Shown: positions 1-12,800, counted from the stretch's first letter. The stretch is DNA of 64,000 nucleotides from Oculina patagonica (GCF_052425735.1 NC_135770.1:8804001-8868000), one strand, 5' to 3'. Numbers and translations: made by a program. Notes: generated by a model from the letters alone, not told the origin.

Positions 1-1509
1 AGCTCTACAGCCAGTCCTGCACTGCACCAAGAAGCACTAGCAAAGAGCTATTCGGACCACGCCTACATTCAATGCAAGATGGAAAACTTTTCAGAAGCTG
101 TCAAGGCTGAACAGCGTGCCCTTGATATCAGACTGAAAATTTTTGGACATGAACACTCTAAAACGGCCGAAAGTTACTATTTGCTCGGGGTCAGACAACA
201 TGCACAAGGCGACTTTACTTCTGCTCTTCAGTCTACACAGCGTGCGCTTGACATCAGGCGTAAACTGTTTGGAGAAGAACACTCAAGTACAGCTGACAGT
301 TTCCAATTAATCGGGGTCACACAATATGAACAAGGCAACTTTACCTCAGCAATTCAGTCTATACAGCGCGCGCTTGACATCAGGGGAAAACTCCTTGGGG
401 AAGAACACTCAAGCACCGCTGACAGTTACCATTCTCTTGGGGACATACAACATGAACAAGGCGACTTTGCCTCAGCCATTCAGTCCACACAGCGTGCGCT
501 TGACATCAGGCGGAAACTGTTTGGAGAGGAACACTCAAGCACAGCTGACAGTTACTATTCTCTCGGGGTCACACAACATGCGCAGGGAGAGTTTGCCTCA
601 GCTCTTCATTCTAAGCAGCGTCGGCTTGATATCATACGAAAATTGTTTGGAGACGAGTACTCAAGCACAGCTGAAAGTTACTTTTCACTTGGGGTTACAC
701 AACATGCACAAGGCGAATTTACTTTAGCTATTCAGTCTTTCGAGCGTGCACTTGATGTCATACGGAAACTTTTTGGAGAAGAACACTCAAGCACGGCTGA
801 TACTTACTATTCACTCGGGGTGAGCCAACATGAGCAGGGCGACTTTGCCTCAGCCATTCAGTCCACACAGCGTGCGCTTGACATCAGGCGTACACTGTTT
901 GGAGAAGAACACTCAAGCACAGTCGATAGTTACTATTCACTCGGCGTCACCCAACATGCGCAGGGCGACTTTGCCTCATCTATACGGTCCAAACAGCGTG
1001 CGCTTGACATCAGGCATACACTGTTTGGAGAAGAACACTCAAGCACAGCCGATAGTTACTATTCACTCGGCGTCACCCAACATGCGCAGGGCGACTTTGC
1101 CTCAGCCATTCAGTCCACACAGCGTGCGCTTGACATTAGGCGTACACTGTTTGGAGAAGAACACTCAAGCACAGCCGATAGTTACTATTCACTCGGCGTC
1201 ACCCAACATGCGCAGGGCGACTTTGCTTCAGCTATACGGTCCAAACAGCGTGCGCTTGACATCAGGCATACACTGTTTGGAGAAGAACACTCAAGCACAG
1301 CCGATAGTTACTATTCACTCGGCGTCACCCAACATGCGCAGGGCGAGTTTGCCTCAGCTATACGGTCCAAACAGCGTGCGCTTGATATCAGGCGGCGAAT
1401 GTTTGGAGAAGAACACCCAAACACAACTGCCTGTCATCGTTCACTTCGCATCACAAAAGATGCTCTTCAGTTTTGTAAAGAGGTTGCGCATAATTTTACC
1501 CTTAGGTAA
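1..1509 (+). CDS. Tetratricopeptide-repeat protein (nephrocystin-3/kinesin light chain-type 42-aa TPRs), 5' partial
   Basis: Frame 1 is open from base 1 (SSTASPALHQEALAKSYSDHAYIQCK-MENF...) to TAA at 1509. It carries about 11 tandem 42-aa repeats (A.QS.QRALDIRRKLFGEEHSSTADSYYSLGVTQHAQGDF). The N-terminus probably lies upstream of the window. Confidence 0.9.
   Translation, partial: SSTASPALHQEALAKSYSDHAYIQCKMENFSEAVKAEQRALDIRLKIFGHEHSKTAESYYLLGVRQHAQGDFTSALQSTQRALDIRRKLFGEEHSSTADSFQLIGVTQYEQGNFTSAIQSIQRALDIRGKLLGEEHSSTADSYHSLGDIQHEQGDFASAIQSTQRALDIRRKLFGEEHSSTADSYYSLGVTQHAQGEFASALHSKQRRLDIIRKLFGDEYSSTAESYFSLGVTQHAQGEFTLAIQSFERALDVIRKLFGEEHSSTADTYYSLGVSQHEQGDFASAIQSTQRALDIRRTLFGEEHSSTVDSYYSLGVTQHAQGDFASSIRSKQRALDIRHTLFGEEHSSTADSYYSLGVTQHAQGDFASAIQSTQRALDIRRTLFGEEHSSTADSYYSLGVTQHAQGDFASAIRSKQRALDIRHTLFGEEHSSTADSYYSLGVTQHAQGEFASAIRSKQRALDIRRRMFGEEHPNTTACHRSLRITKDALQFCKEVAHNFTLR
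79..1440 (+). repeat. 126-bp coding tandem repeat array (TPR units)
   Basis: cagcgtgcgcttgacatcagg and tttggagaagaacactcaagcacag recur with a 126-bp period; the last units are near-identical. Confidence 0.9.
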
Positions 1510-2729
1510 GGGACTGTTCTTTTTTATGAAGTACGTAATGAGGCTGTGGGATTAAGTGACGGGAGGACGTGCAAAAAAGATGGCTTCATAGAAGAGCAGG
1601 CTGCAAAAATGTTGTGTCTGAGAGGTGGTCTTTCAAAATGCTAATTACCATAAGATGATGTAATGACGACATCTACAATATGGAAAAAATATTCTACCAG
1701 AATGTCCAGAATAGTGTTGATGAGGTTCTAAAAATCTGCATTTTCCTGGGGAAATATGCGCCGACCACGCCACTCTCTTATGTGCCAAACAGCATCACCT
1801 CGACGTCACAAACTATTTCGTTGCGAACACTACTGAACTGACAGTCGGGTAAAAATTTCTAATGAAGAGGGTTCATTCAGGAGCCCATTATTATGGGCTC
1901 CTGGTTCATTATATATATCTGGGACAAATGGTCGAGACAGCAGCAAAATTGTAGAAATTTTCAAAAATAATACGACTTTTTTAATTTTCACAAACATGTT
2001 TCGACGGTACATCCGTCATCGTCAGTGTGACGATTATGAAAGTTTACAGTGATTTAAAACGTGCCTGTTACAAATCATACGTTACATTGCGTTGAAAAGC
2101 AATACGCTAGATAAATTTCGAAGTTAACGGAATTAAAAAGAAGCGCGCGCGCGTACAGCTATATATCTGGGACTATCTATCTATCTACCAAACCCCACCG
2201 GCCCCCTCTTCCATAAAAAAAAATGAACTTCCTCTATTAAGTAGCGCTGATAATGGCTGCCGTATTCAAAGTAAGATTTCGCGTGATCGATGTAAATCGA
2301 CAATGAGTCGAAGTCAATTAAAATCGATCGCAAATCTTTTGTTAACAATTTCCATCGATTGATCATTGATTTAAAATATCAAGCAGTTAGCTGTGATCGC
2401 TAGATTTAACCGAGGTCGTGAGTACAGACCTCACTGCGTTTGGTTTGTACTCTCGACCTCGGTCAAGATTCTCCCATACGGACCGACTAACCTTGGTTAT
2501 AAAAAACATCTTATGATAAGATTTTGATTTTTTGGAATTACATGCTTTTAGCTATGAATGTTTTTAAGAGTTTTTGTATATATTTTTAGTGTCTCGATAC
2601 CAGCCTCGGTGCTGATTGGGCTACCCTGGTTGAATAAAGTTTCTTACTTACTCCTACTTTTACTCTTACTCTGAACTGCATGGTGGCCCAAAACATTAGG
2701 GACGGACCATTATTTTTGGGGGGGGGGGG

Positions 2730-2764
<35 letters not shown>

Positions 2765-4860
2765 CCCCCCCCCCCCCCCTTAATGTTACAATTCAGTGGA
2801 AACACTTTCCATTTTTACTTCGCTAACCGATAAAGCTTGACTGAGAGACTTGTTAACGCGCAGCTGCTTCCTTGGTGCAGCTGAGATAGCGATTCAGGAG
2901 TTTTGATACAAACCAGCTGGACAAGAAGGCAGAAACCGACAGGAATGATATGAAAATTAAAATAATTTGAAGTCTGACATAATCACCTGCATTGCCCTCT
3001 GTTTTATGCATTTAATTTTACACAACAAGAAAATAATCGTGTGATTTCGATTAAAAATTAAATATCGCCCCCTTCTTTCCATTGATTAATTTATGCATTA
3101 CCCATCCCCCTTTCTATCGGTGTATTACGTTACATTCTGCCCTCCCCCCTTCTCGTTTTACAACCCCCTCCCCCTCATGCTAATTATTGCACAGTCCCGC
3201 TTGTTCAATCAGTTCCTGGACTGAGTCAACCGCTTTCATTTAAACTTGCGATGATCGACACTAACTTTAGAGAAAAACAATGTTAAACATTACTCTTCAT
3301 TATATATCTGATAGAAGAGTACGTTTGGTGCAGCGGCTAGATTGTGAACACTTGTTACACGTTGATGAAAATGTAATCTAGTTCATTTGTGAAGGACTTT
3401 GTATATTTTAGTGCGCATTTTTCCCTTATAAGTTGACTGAATTTGCTGCGGACAGCCTTTGAAAGTTGTCCAGGTGACGAGTTGCTTTGACCATCTACTT
3501 GACCATTAGATATTAGTTCAATACTCAATACCCTCCCCACCCTGGAGGAGGATACTCCCATATGACAGGGACAGGAGGGTTCGTCGGCTCGGGGGGCGGG
3601 GGGGGGGGGGGGGGATAACCGATTTTGGTCTCACTTAGGGTGTTCAGAACAGAACGCCCTATGTTTCGTTTAGGGTTGCACGTGAAGAAATATAACGCCC
3701 TCATAATGTGTTGGTGGTCTGAATTGATCAGGCATGAGACTGTAAGAGACATTGTATCTTATAATCTTTTAGTGGTAAAAAAAAGTTTGAGCCACGCCGA
3801 GATTGGTCTCTTTTAGGGTTACAATTCAAATTTTCCAACGAGCATCCGATCTCATTTCATTCGAGAGTTCCCCCTTCCCCGGGGTTCTGTAATTTATTTG
3901 TTGGACACCTCGACGCTACATATTAGCGATAGATCTGGTCAATCGACCTTATCGTAATCAGTTCCTTATCTTCTGAGTCCTTTATTCGATTTTTCACATA
4001 ATTTTTGTAAAGTTTGGATGGTACTCGAGCGTTTATTCTCACTAGATCAGAAACGTCACGTTGATTTTAACTTATATCGAGTTCTTCAAATAGGCCTTTT
4101 GTGTGCTGTGCATTGGTTGGGCAAATGTTTGCTAACAATGGCCATGGGTTCTTCTGCCCAGGCGTCCACTTCAATCATTGACAAAAGTGTTGACAGATTA
4201 TCAATTTAGGCCCTATTTTATTGTTATTTTCACCAACTTCATCCTTCTGCCCCGCTTTTCCAACCCTCCTTCCTCCTATCAATGTTGTAGTTTGTTTCTA
4301 GGAGCCCTTTGCTACTATTTTATTTTAGCGCAGACAGTCATAAATTTAAAAACTAGTGGTAAATTTGTCATAAAGACAGCAAACGAAAGCAATGTGTCAA
4401 CTGCTTTTGTCAAAGATTGTCTGAGGCCTATTTGCGTGAAAAGAAAGGATACCCGTTACCTATCTTAGCTCTAACAGGATTATTTCTAGAAAGCACGCTA
4501 AATGTGTAGCGTAAGAGTATACCTCTTCTCACAAGAAATTCTTCCTGTCATCCTTGCAATATTCCTTTTCGGTTCATTTGGATTCCAAACGGACATTTCT
4601 GCGACTTCTCCCTAACTCGCCATTCTCGTCCCCAGAGTCCACGATTCCTCTAGTCTCCACCGGTCAAATATGTCCGCTATTATTTAAAATGGCGTTTTTT
4701 GAACAAGTTTTTCAATCTTTTCGTCCCGAAAACATTGCAATCACCTGCTTCCTCCCCTGCCATCAAACTCATTTCTAGCGTTCCTGCTAATTCTTCACAA
4801 CATCACATGACGTCTCTCGTTTTCCTTCAAAATATACGCAAAAAACAACACCCTCATTAA

Positions 4861-5732
4861 AGTGTATATGACAGATGTTTTTTTTTATTTCCCTGATCAA
4901 ATCTACGTGGTATGCTAATGCGAACATCGAAAAAAGAAATTCGAAATCTCGTTTTTTTCACCGCGTTTTCGACCTAAAAACGCAATATTTTCACTTCCGG
5001 TTGGGTCCAAAACCGCGCACAGTGGGGAGCTGGGTCTATTTTGCTTTTGACGTCATGGCCGGTCTAGACCCAGCTCCCCACTGGGCGCCGTGACGTCAAA
5101 CAAGTGATACACTCAATAACCAAACAAACTGAATAGGGAATTTCAATGGAAGATTGCGGCTTGGTTGCCGGAAAACCGAAAAAAAAGCTAAAGGCTTGGA
5201 AGTTTATAAATGATCTGAAGTCTAGAGGGATACTAGTGTAATAATAGTTTTTTTTAGAAAAGCCGATGGAAACAGCGTGTGAAAATTAAGCTATCATATA
5301 TAATATCAGCAAATATACAGGTAAGTAAAATGAAAAGGCGGTTTTTAATCTTGACGTATTAGGCTCAAAACGAATTTAGAAGTAGCGCACGTGTTGTTGT
5401 GATTTTAGCGATTTTAAATCTATGCCGTCGCAGCTTTAATTTAATTCTATGTTCGGTTTGTTTGGTTATTGAGTGTATCACTGATCGCATTCTTGTTTGA
5501 CGTCACGGCGCACAGTGGGGAGCTGGGTCTAGACCGGGCATGACGTCAAAAGCAGAATAGACCCAGCTCCCCAATGTGCGCGGTTTTGAACCCAACCGGA
5601 AGTTAAATTTCACGATTTTAGAGCGCGAAAACGCGGTAAAAAAAGATATTTCGAGTTTCTTTTTTCGATGTTCCCATCAGCATTCCACGTAAATTCGATC
5701 AGGCAAATTAAAAAAACTGTGTCATATACACT
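4861..5732. mobile_element. Non-autonomous DNA transposon (MITE), TTAA-flanked, Kolobok-like termini, ~270-bp imperfect TIRs
   Basis: ttaa|agtgtatatgac at 4857-4872 and gtcatatacact|ttaa at 5721-5736. Arms ~4861-5135 and ~5455-5732 are inverted copies. Superfamily inferred only from the TTAA flanks and purine termini. Confidence 0.8.
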
Positions 5733-5879
5733 TTAACGAAACAACAGGGAGAATGAGGTGTAAATTGTACAATGAGCTACCGAATTTATGAACCGGTGCC
5801 CGGTTAATAACGTGGTATATTTTGCGCGTTATTTTGCCCTAATATGGTAAAATGGTGCAATAGTGGAATAATAACGGTA

Positions 5880-6040
5880 GTTATAGAGTGCAATAAATCT
5901 AGAGGCTTCCCTCGAAGCCGGCGCGCGCCCTCCGTACTCAGCGGTCTCTTCTGAATTAAACGAGCGACTTGGAGCAAGTCATCGGAATCACGTAGCGCGA
6001 TAGATCTGGAGTCGAGTATGCGCTGTAACTGAGTGAGTTT
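5880..6040 (+). promoter_or_regulatory. Probable CpG-rich promoter and non-coding first exon of the sulfotransferase gene
   Basis: CpG-rich patch (ggcgcgcgccc, cgtagcgcga) followed by a donor-like ga/gtgagt near 6035 and an acceptor-like ttttttgttgtgtgtag at ~6817, upstream of the CDS. Confidence 0.45.
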
Positions 6041-7056
6041 CTTTACTTCAATCTTCGATTCTTCAAATTCTTAACTCGTCGTTAAATGTTTATAGGAAAT
6101 TTCTAGAAAATAGCATTTTAATCTGCATCTAAAGAGACCAACCCAAAAGTAGCCAAGATTAGACATGTATTATCACTTGTAACGAATAGTTACTTGCTTT
6201 CTTTAAAAGGCCGGGTTAATAGATTGTTTTTGCTTATGGAAATGTTTGTTTTCCGAAAAGCGGCGATCCAGACCAAAAAATTGAAATTCAATTAGAGAAT
6301 GAGGAGGTAATTGTTGATTCAGTCGCGGCGGGCACAAACATATTACTCAGGATCACAAATTAGCTGAGCTGTCATCAACATAAAAGCTTCGCAAGCTAAC
6401 CCGGTGACGTTGTGCTAACAAAATTGTGAGAAAAATTGCTCTAAAATACAGGTACCGACAAATAGACTAATCAAGGGGTTAAAAATATTTTTATTTCTCC
6501 TTCAAAACATTTTCTATCAGTACTAGTCACAACAAAAATGAAACATTTTGTTTAAAGAACATTGCTCCTTCAGAGTAAAACAAAAGATGATATTGGACCG
6601 AGTTTTGCTGTGTTCGGAAATCAATAGTTCTTTAAAATGTTCGCCGCTTCACTGCTTCTAAGAGAGCTCCACAAAGCAGGGTCATATTAATTATTTACCC
6701 ATCCCATATATGGATAAATAAAAGACGTAAAAAGTGGCTGGTGGAAGTACAAGGTTGACTAGCGAATGCGGGTGTCTTTTTTGTGTTTCTACCTAACATT
6801 TTTTTGTTGTGTGTAGATTGTGACATGGATATCTAAGGAGTTTGCTGGTTTTCATGTTCGTCGTCAAGAAGACGAAATATGGATTCTAGACGGGCAGCTA
6901 CTTTTGGTTAAAAGCGGAACCTCCGTGTTAAAGATTTACCATGAGTTTAGCCACTACCCAAGTAAAGAGGATTTCAATAGAAGTAATAACCACGACTCGA
7001 CGGTATGAATAGACTGAAATGTTGCATTGGAAATCATATTGCGGGATTTTAAGAGA

Positions 7057-8415
7057 ATGTTTCGTTCTCTTCAAAATATTTTGCCAAGAAGAGTAGTTCC
7101 CCCTCCCTTCTGGCTGATTGTGTTTTTCGTCACGTGCGCGATTTTTATTTTCACAAGAAACGATAATTTGGAAACGATGTGTCTGCGAAACCGGCAACTT
7201 CAAAGCTCGACGAACGTGGACGAGTTAAAAACGCTTATTTCTGATGGATGTAGAGACAAAGATTTCGCCAGGGACGCTAATAATTCGGAAACGAATATAA
7301 CGAAACAGAAAAACTGTTCCGAATTGCACAACGAAATCACCTTACTACGAAAAAAGCTTGAAATGTACGAGCGTTTGAACAAATTTATGGAACTTGATTC
7401 GTTAGCAAGTAAATATGGCAGTAAAATGCGACAGAATATCCTCATCTTCTCGGATTCGGCCTCTGGGAGTTCTTTTCTGGGGGAACTTCTTAATCAACAC
7501 TCCCAAGTTTTTTATCTTTACGAACCTTTACAATCCTTGGATTATTATAGAGACAATCGCCCCGAGAGTGTTTATGACACGATGGTCACCCATTTGCTAA
7601 ATGGCATCTTCCATTGTAACTTTATGGAGCTTTCGTATTACACGGATTTCTTATCATACCAGTACAGCTCTCTACGGCATCGCCTATCTAGCCGGGCCCT
7701 CTCTTCGCCTCCTTTATGCCCAGAGAACTACAACACGCCACATTATAGCATTCGTAAATGCACGCCATTGAGACCGCAGTCTGCCTCGGCGATATGCCGG
7801 TTACACAAACACACGGTCGTCAAAACAATTCGCGTCAAATCAATTCATAAACTTTCGTATCTCATGGACAACGAGGGACCGGCGGACTACTCCCTCAAAG
7901 TTGTTCATCTAGTGCGAGACCCACGCGCAGTTTTAAACACGCGCGTTCTGCACAATTCGCACGAGAACTGGACGTTAAACTCGGTGCGTGATCACGCGCA
8001 ATCGTTATGCCGCGATATGTTACGTAACATCAAGTACGCGGTCAGCGCACCGGCGTGGCTGCGAGGTCGTTACACGTTGCTAAGATACGAAGACTTGGCG
8101 ACGAATCCGCACCAGATCGCCGAACAGTTATACCAGTTTGTAGGCATTAGCATTGCGCAGAGTGTTCGTCTGTGGATTGACCGCACTCTGCACGAAGGAT
8201 TTGTTTCTCCTTCTCTTACGAACTCCATTTATCGCCAGCTTTCGTACAGCGCGCAAAATTTGACTGATTCTGTGCAGAAATGGCGCACACAGGTGCCTTA
8301 CTCAATCGTACGCTTGATTGAAACAGAATGCTACGAAGTCATGAATTTACTCGGCTACAAGATCGTTGAAGACGAAGACGAATTGAGAATGGTGTCTTTT
8401 CCACTGACAGATTAG
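7057..8415 (+). CDS. Golgi carbohydrate 6-O-sulfotransferase (CHST1/3/4/5-like GlcNAc/Gal-6-ST family), single coding exon
   Basis: First ATG at 7057 (the ORF track starts at TTG 7027). Type II anchor FWLIVFFVTCAIFIF, coiled-coil stem, 5'-PSB-like SGSSFLGELLNQHSQVFYLYEP, VVKTIR, 3'-PB-like HLVRDPRAV, RYEDL, and C-terminal WR...CYEVMNLLGY. Confidence 0.9.
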   Translation: MFRSLQNILPRRVVPPPFWLIVFFVTCAIFIFTRNDNLETMCLRNRQLQSSTNVDELKTLISDGCRDKDFARDANNSETNITKQKNCSELHNEITLLRKKLEMYERLNKFMELDSLASKYGSKMRQNILIFSDSASGSSFLGELLNQHSQVFYLYEPLQSLDYYRDNRPESVYDTMVTHLLNGIFHCNFMELSYYTDFLSYQYSSLRHRLSSRALSSPPLCPENYNTPHYSIRKCTPLRPQSASAICRLHKHTVVKTIRVKSIHKLSYLMDNEGPADYSLKVVHLVRDPRAVLNTRVLHNSHENWTLNSVRDHAQSLCRDMLRNIKYAVSAPAWLRGRYTLLRYEDLATNPHQIAEQLYQFVGISIAQSVRLWIDRTLHEGFVSPSLTNSIYRQLSYSAQNLTDSVQKWRTQVPYSIVRLIETECYEVMNLLGYKIVEDEDELRMVSFPLTD

Positions 8416-8427
8416 CTTATCACCCTA

Positions 8428-8712
8428 CAGAGCCGTTTTCACTTGAGTGTCGAAAGTAATTCTCGTTTGCTTTGGTTTTGCATTACTATGCTTAGTGATT
8501 GGCTTAAAAAGACTTGCGCCACTTTCTCAGCCAATCAGAAGTAAAACCAAAACAAATTGTGATTCGCTCGCGCACGTTTTCCTGCGCTTCATGCCGGCTA
8601 CATGTATTTGCTTCGAGTTTTGATTGATTCACGGCATTGTCCGTGTCCTTTGCGATTGGCCAGAGTAAATACCTTGCTTTGGGTTTTACGACACTCAATT
8701 GAAAACTACTCT
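8428..8712. mobile_element. MITE in the sulfotransferase 3' UTR region
   Basis: Inverted termini agagccgttttcacttgagtgtcg ... cgacactcaattgaaaactactct. Confidence 0.7.
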
Positions 8713-9828
8713 ATTTATAATTGTTTACATTTAAGGAAACAACCAAAACTGCCACAAAAATCCAAGGAAAAGTCAATAAACATTATTCATGCTGGAAAAG
8801 AATGAGAAGCCTAAGGGAAATGGTCAAAACTATTGTACTCAGGCAGGACCCACCACTCTGCAAACAGACAGGTGGTCTCTTCTTAAAAGATGGTGTCTTG
8901 TTTGTATAGCCCCCACTCTATCAGGAGTGGAAACTAAGCTCCTTGTGCCATTTTTCTAGCAAGGCAAGCTTCATGCACACCTAATATGAAATCTTAACTC
9001 AAATTTTAAGCCAATAAATTTTGTCCATTTGGCTAATCAGACAGGTGGTATCTTGCAGAGCCCCCCCCCCCCCCTACCCCTACACAAGGTGGTCCTCGTC
9101 TAGAACACTTGTTATGACTACTTCCCTAATAACAAAATACAGTGGGACCGGCTTTTTCGAACCTCCAAGGGAAACGAAAATTGTTCTAGAAATGCAGCCC
9201 AGTGTCAATGGGGAAGGAAACAACTTTTTATTCGAGTTATCGGGAGTTTCGAAAAAACGATGGTTCGAGAAATGGGATTCAACTGCAAGTTTTCTAAGGC
9301 AGATAGGAGTTATGAAAATATTGTTCTAACTGCAGAACCTAGATTTTATTTTCTTAAAAAAAGGCAGTTAGTCCAATACTGTATAGCTTACATTTCGGTG
9401 CGATATGCTCTTTGAAACAGACTTTGTGTAAGCTGCAAAGAACGAGGAACTCTTGAACTGCATAATTATCCTAACCCCTGTATTTTGCCAATTCTTACTG
9501 TGTATAAAACTAGTTTCATTGTTAGTTTCAACTTAACCAATTTCCATCAAATCCTCGCTATGCAGACTTTACTGGGGGGAGTTGGATACAGTTTATCGCA
9601 CCAACAAATGTTCACTAAAAAAATCAAAGCATCTTTGTATCCGCAGGGTAGTCTGTTAAATACACAAATTTTATGCAATGCGATCCAAAGTGATTTTATA
9701 CATGTACATAGCATTATTAAATCAGTCCACGCTTTAAACTCTCCTTGTCACAGACTTTTGACCAGTTAAGATAAACTCTTGGGACAAACATTTTCCGTTA
9801 TTACACGTGTCCAGATGAAGTAAAAATG

Positions 9829-12800
9829 TCACACTTCGGTGAAATTTTTATCTTCTTTATCGCCCTGTCTGCCTGGTTCATCCTTGGCTTGAACAAAAAC
9901 CTTGAAAAGAACAAAACATGAAACTTAACTTGTTTCAATTTTGGTCTTTCATTCACAAAATATTGTAGACACAGTGGCCTGATGGTTAGCGCGCTGGACT
10001 TTGATCGAGCGGTCCAGGTTCGAGCACTGGCCGGGGTCACTGTGTTGTGTTCTTGGGCAAAACACTATTTTAAAATAGAGTTTTTTGGTTGTTTTTTTTT
10101 TTTTTTTTTTTTAAAAAAAACTCTCATAGTGCCTCTTTCCACCCAAGTTCGAACCCAGAAGTACAAATGGGTACCAGCGGGGTAGAAATACTCCTAGTCA
10201 CTTTATGCTACAGAAACCGGGATGAGCTACGCCATGATGGACCACTTGGCTCGACGCAAACTTTAACTTGACTTTTATTCACAAAATATATCAAAAGTTT
10301 CTTTCTTTCAACCAAACCATTGTTATACTGATCAACTCTACTTGTAGTCGTGTGATGAAAGTTAAGCAAAACATGAACTAGGGCTTGCTATATAACTCTT
10401 TCTTTTCACAGAAAATTCACGCCCCATGAAATGAACACAGGTCCAGATTCAATTGGCTAAATGTACAAGCCAAAATTGTGCAGTCGTCCCCAAAACGCTT
10501 CAGTCTAGGTGTTTACTAGCCTCCTTCGCAGCCGTTTTTGGGATGTCATTTAAAACTTTCCCCAAAAAGGGTGGGAAGAAGAGCAGGCATTCACATGGGA
10601 CTGGTCTAGTTTAAAAAAAGAAAGACGAGACTTGTAAAAGTTTCCAAAAGATCCGATAAAAGTTGAATTTCCCAAATGTTACCCATTCACCCAAAAAATG
10701 ATCTGGTAGGGAAATCGAAAGGAACAAAAATTGCCAGGATTTGGGTAAAGGATTTAGTTTGTGAGGTTTACCCAAGATTTGGGTAAACCTCGCAAAATTG
10801 TACCCTTTTTTTGGAAAACGTTTTGGTATTTGGTATTTTATAGTTGCTTAATATATATATATATATATATAATATATATAGGGGTATATATATATACTGT
10901 AATGATAACAATATTTTTGTAGGGTGGGGGGGGGGGAGCTCTTTAACCCTTCAAATAGCCCTAGATAGAGAACCCTGGGGCTACTTTAGATATTTCAAGC
11001 ATGCTACAGTTATATTTAATATGAGTTTCTAGAAGCCGCAAACTAAACCCCTAGCGGGGTCTAACCTACATTATACAAATAAGTACACTACTGTACATGT
11101 ATACAACCATTAAGTTTTACTCTTACCCTTGATCCATCAATGGTGTGATTTGTCTCAGCAAGTGCCTTCTTTTGGCTTTCAAGGGATTCAAATTCAACAA
11201 ATCCGTATCTTTTAGATCTTCCATTGTGATAATCCTATAGATACAATAGTATAGTTACATGTCGCTGCTCCTCATATTGTACAAAAGTATGTTATGCAAT
11301 AACAAAGAAAAGAATGACAGGATAATAGACCATTTTTCAATTCTGTGAAATGTAACCAAGCCTCTGTTTGTAAATGAGGTTTGAGCTGCTGGTCCCTCTC
11401 AGTCAGCCGAGCATGTGCACAAGAAACAACTGGCTTTGGGGACACATCATTTGATTGGCTGGATTTAAACAAAAGGATAAGTCAGTCAAATGAACCCTAT
11501 TAAAATCCCATTGTTAAACGAGTTTAAAATGGTTGATTTGATTGGCTAGATTTGAAAGTCCCTTTATTAAAATCCAGTCAATCAAATCTTGAGTCCCCAA
11601 AGCCACTTGTTTCTCATGCACAGGCTCTGCCAACTAAAGGAACAAGCGGCTCAGGGTACAAAAATGGTGATGACAGAGTTAAGCAAGTAGTTATCAAGAT
11701 AACAAAATAATTTCTATTTGAAAAGAAGCAAAGTTTTTATCACAACAAAGTTAACTCTAGCCTTAAATCTGCTCAAAGGCCTTGGCTGACCACTAAGCAC
11801 ATTGCTGTAAAATGGCTATAGGAGCAACACAGCCCTGTGGCAAGTCAATTAAGACTAACAAAGCAATGATTTGTACAGAATAAATCACAAGATGCAAGTA
11901 TAATAAACAATAGAAGTAAAGAGACTAGGAATACCAGTCGGCAGATGATGTTAAAAGAATTTCTGGGAAACTCTTCAGTTGACACATTCTAAATGGCTTA
12001 TAATACTCGAATACCCTAAGACTGAAATAAAACGTTGGGATAAATAGGTATTTTTTATCATTTAAATTAGTAGATACTTTTTGAACCAGTGTAAAAGTAT
12101 TATTTCTTAACATGAAAATATATTTAATACTCACAAATACAACTCTTGAAAATACAACTTTCCCAAACTGCTGAAAGTGCTCCCTCAGGGTGTCTGTCAA
12201 AATGAAAAAAATACAAATAAATTCATTAAAATGTTATGGGATCAAAAAAAGGGATTTTTTTTAACCTGCATCCAAAAATGGCTGTCAAAACTATTTTCCT
12301 GTCTGGCCTTAGACAAAAGGTGTTTGTGCCTGATGTTTTTGGAGAGATGAATGAAAATGTCTTGGTGAATGAAATTTCTGAATTGAATCAAGGCCTTGGT
12401 TCGTGTTATCCATCTTCAGCAGATAACACAAACCAAAGGTTTTGCTAAACTAGGACACACTGTTGCAGAAACATTGTTCCTTGTCATGTTTCCTACAGGG
12501 CTAAATTAGGAGGAAGGTCCAAGGAAAAATTTAATGTTTCTGCTGCCTGGGTCACTAAACGAAAAAAACAATGTTACGGGAACAAAGTGTCGTGCATGTG
12601 GATAAACTAGTCAACATTGCTTCCATGCTGGAGGTCAGATTAGGGCTTTTAATTATTAGGATGCAGGATATTTAGGTTAAAACTATAGGGACAGGGCGCG
12701 ACAAAAGTGCTGTCCGATAGCCCGGGGCTAGTAGAATTATCCGTCGGGCTAGCGCATTCTGATCACAAGTTGCCCGACGGGCAAGCAACACACGGGCAAG

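Noticed and set aside
326-1555. Alternative-frame ORFs 326-727 and 830-1555 over the TPR gene
   Set aside because: Shadow frames kept open because a stop-free 126-bp unit is repeated; no independent evidence.
2710-2780. G-run/T-run/C-run tract (similar tract at 22919-22962) as a structured element
   Set aside because: Homopolymer low-complexity sequence, common in this window and prone to sequencing error.
9966-10035. tRNA gene
   Set aside because: A and B boxes are present, but this is the head of a multi-copy SINE with body, tail and TSD.
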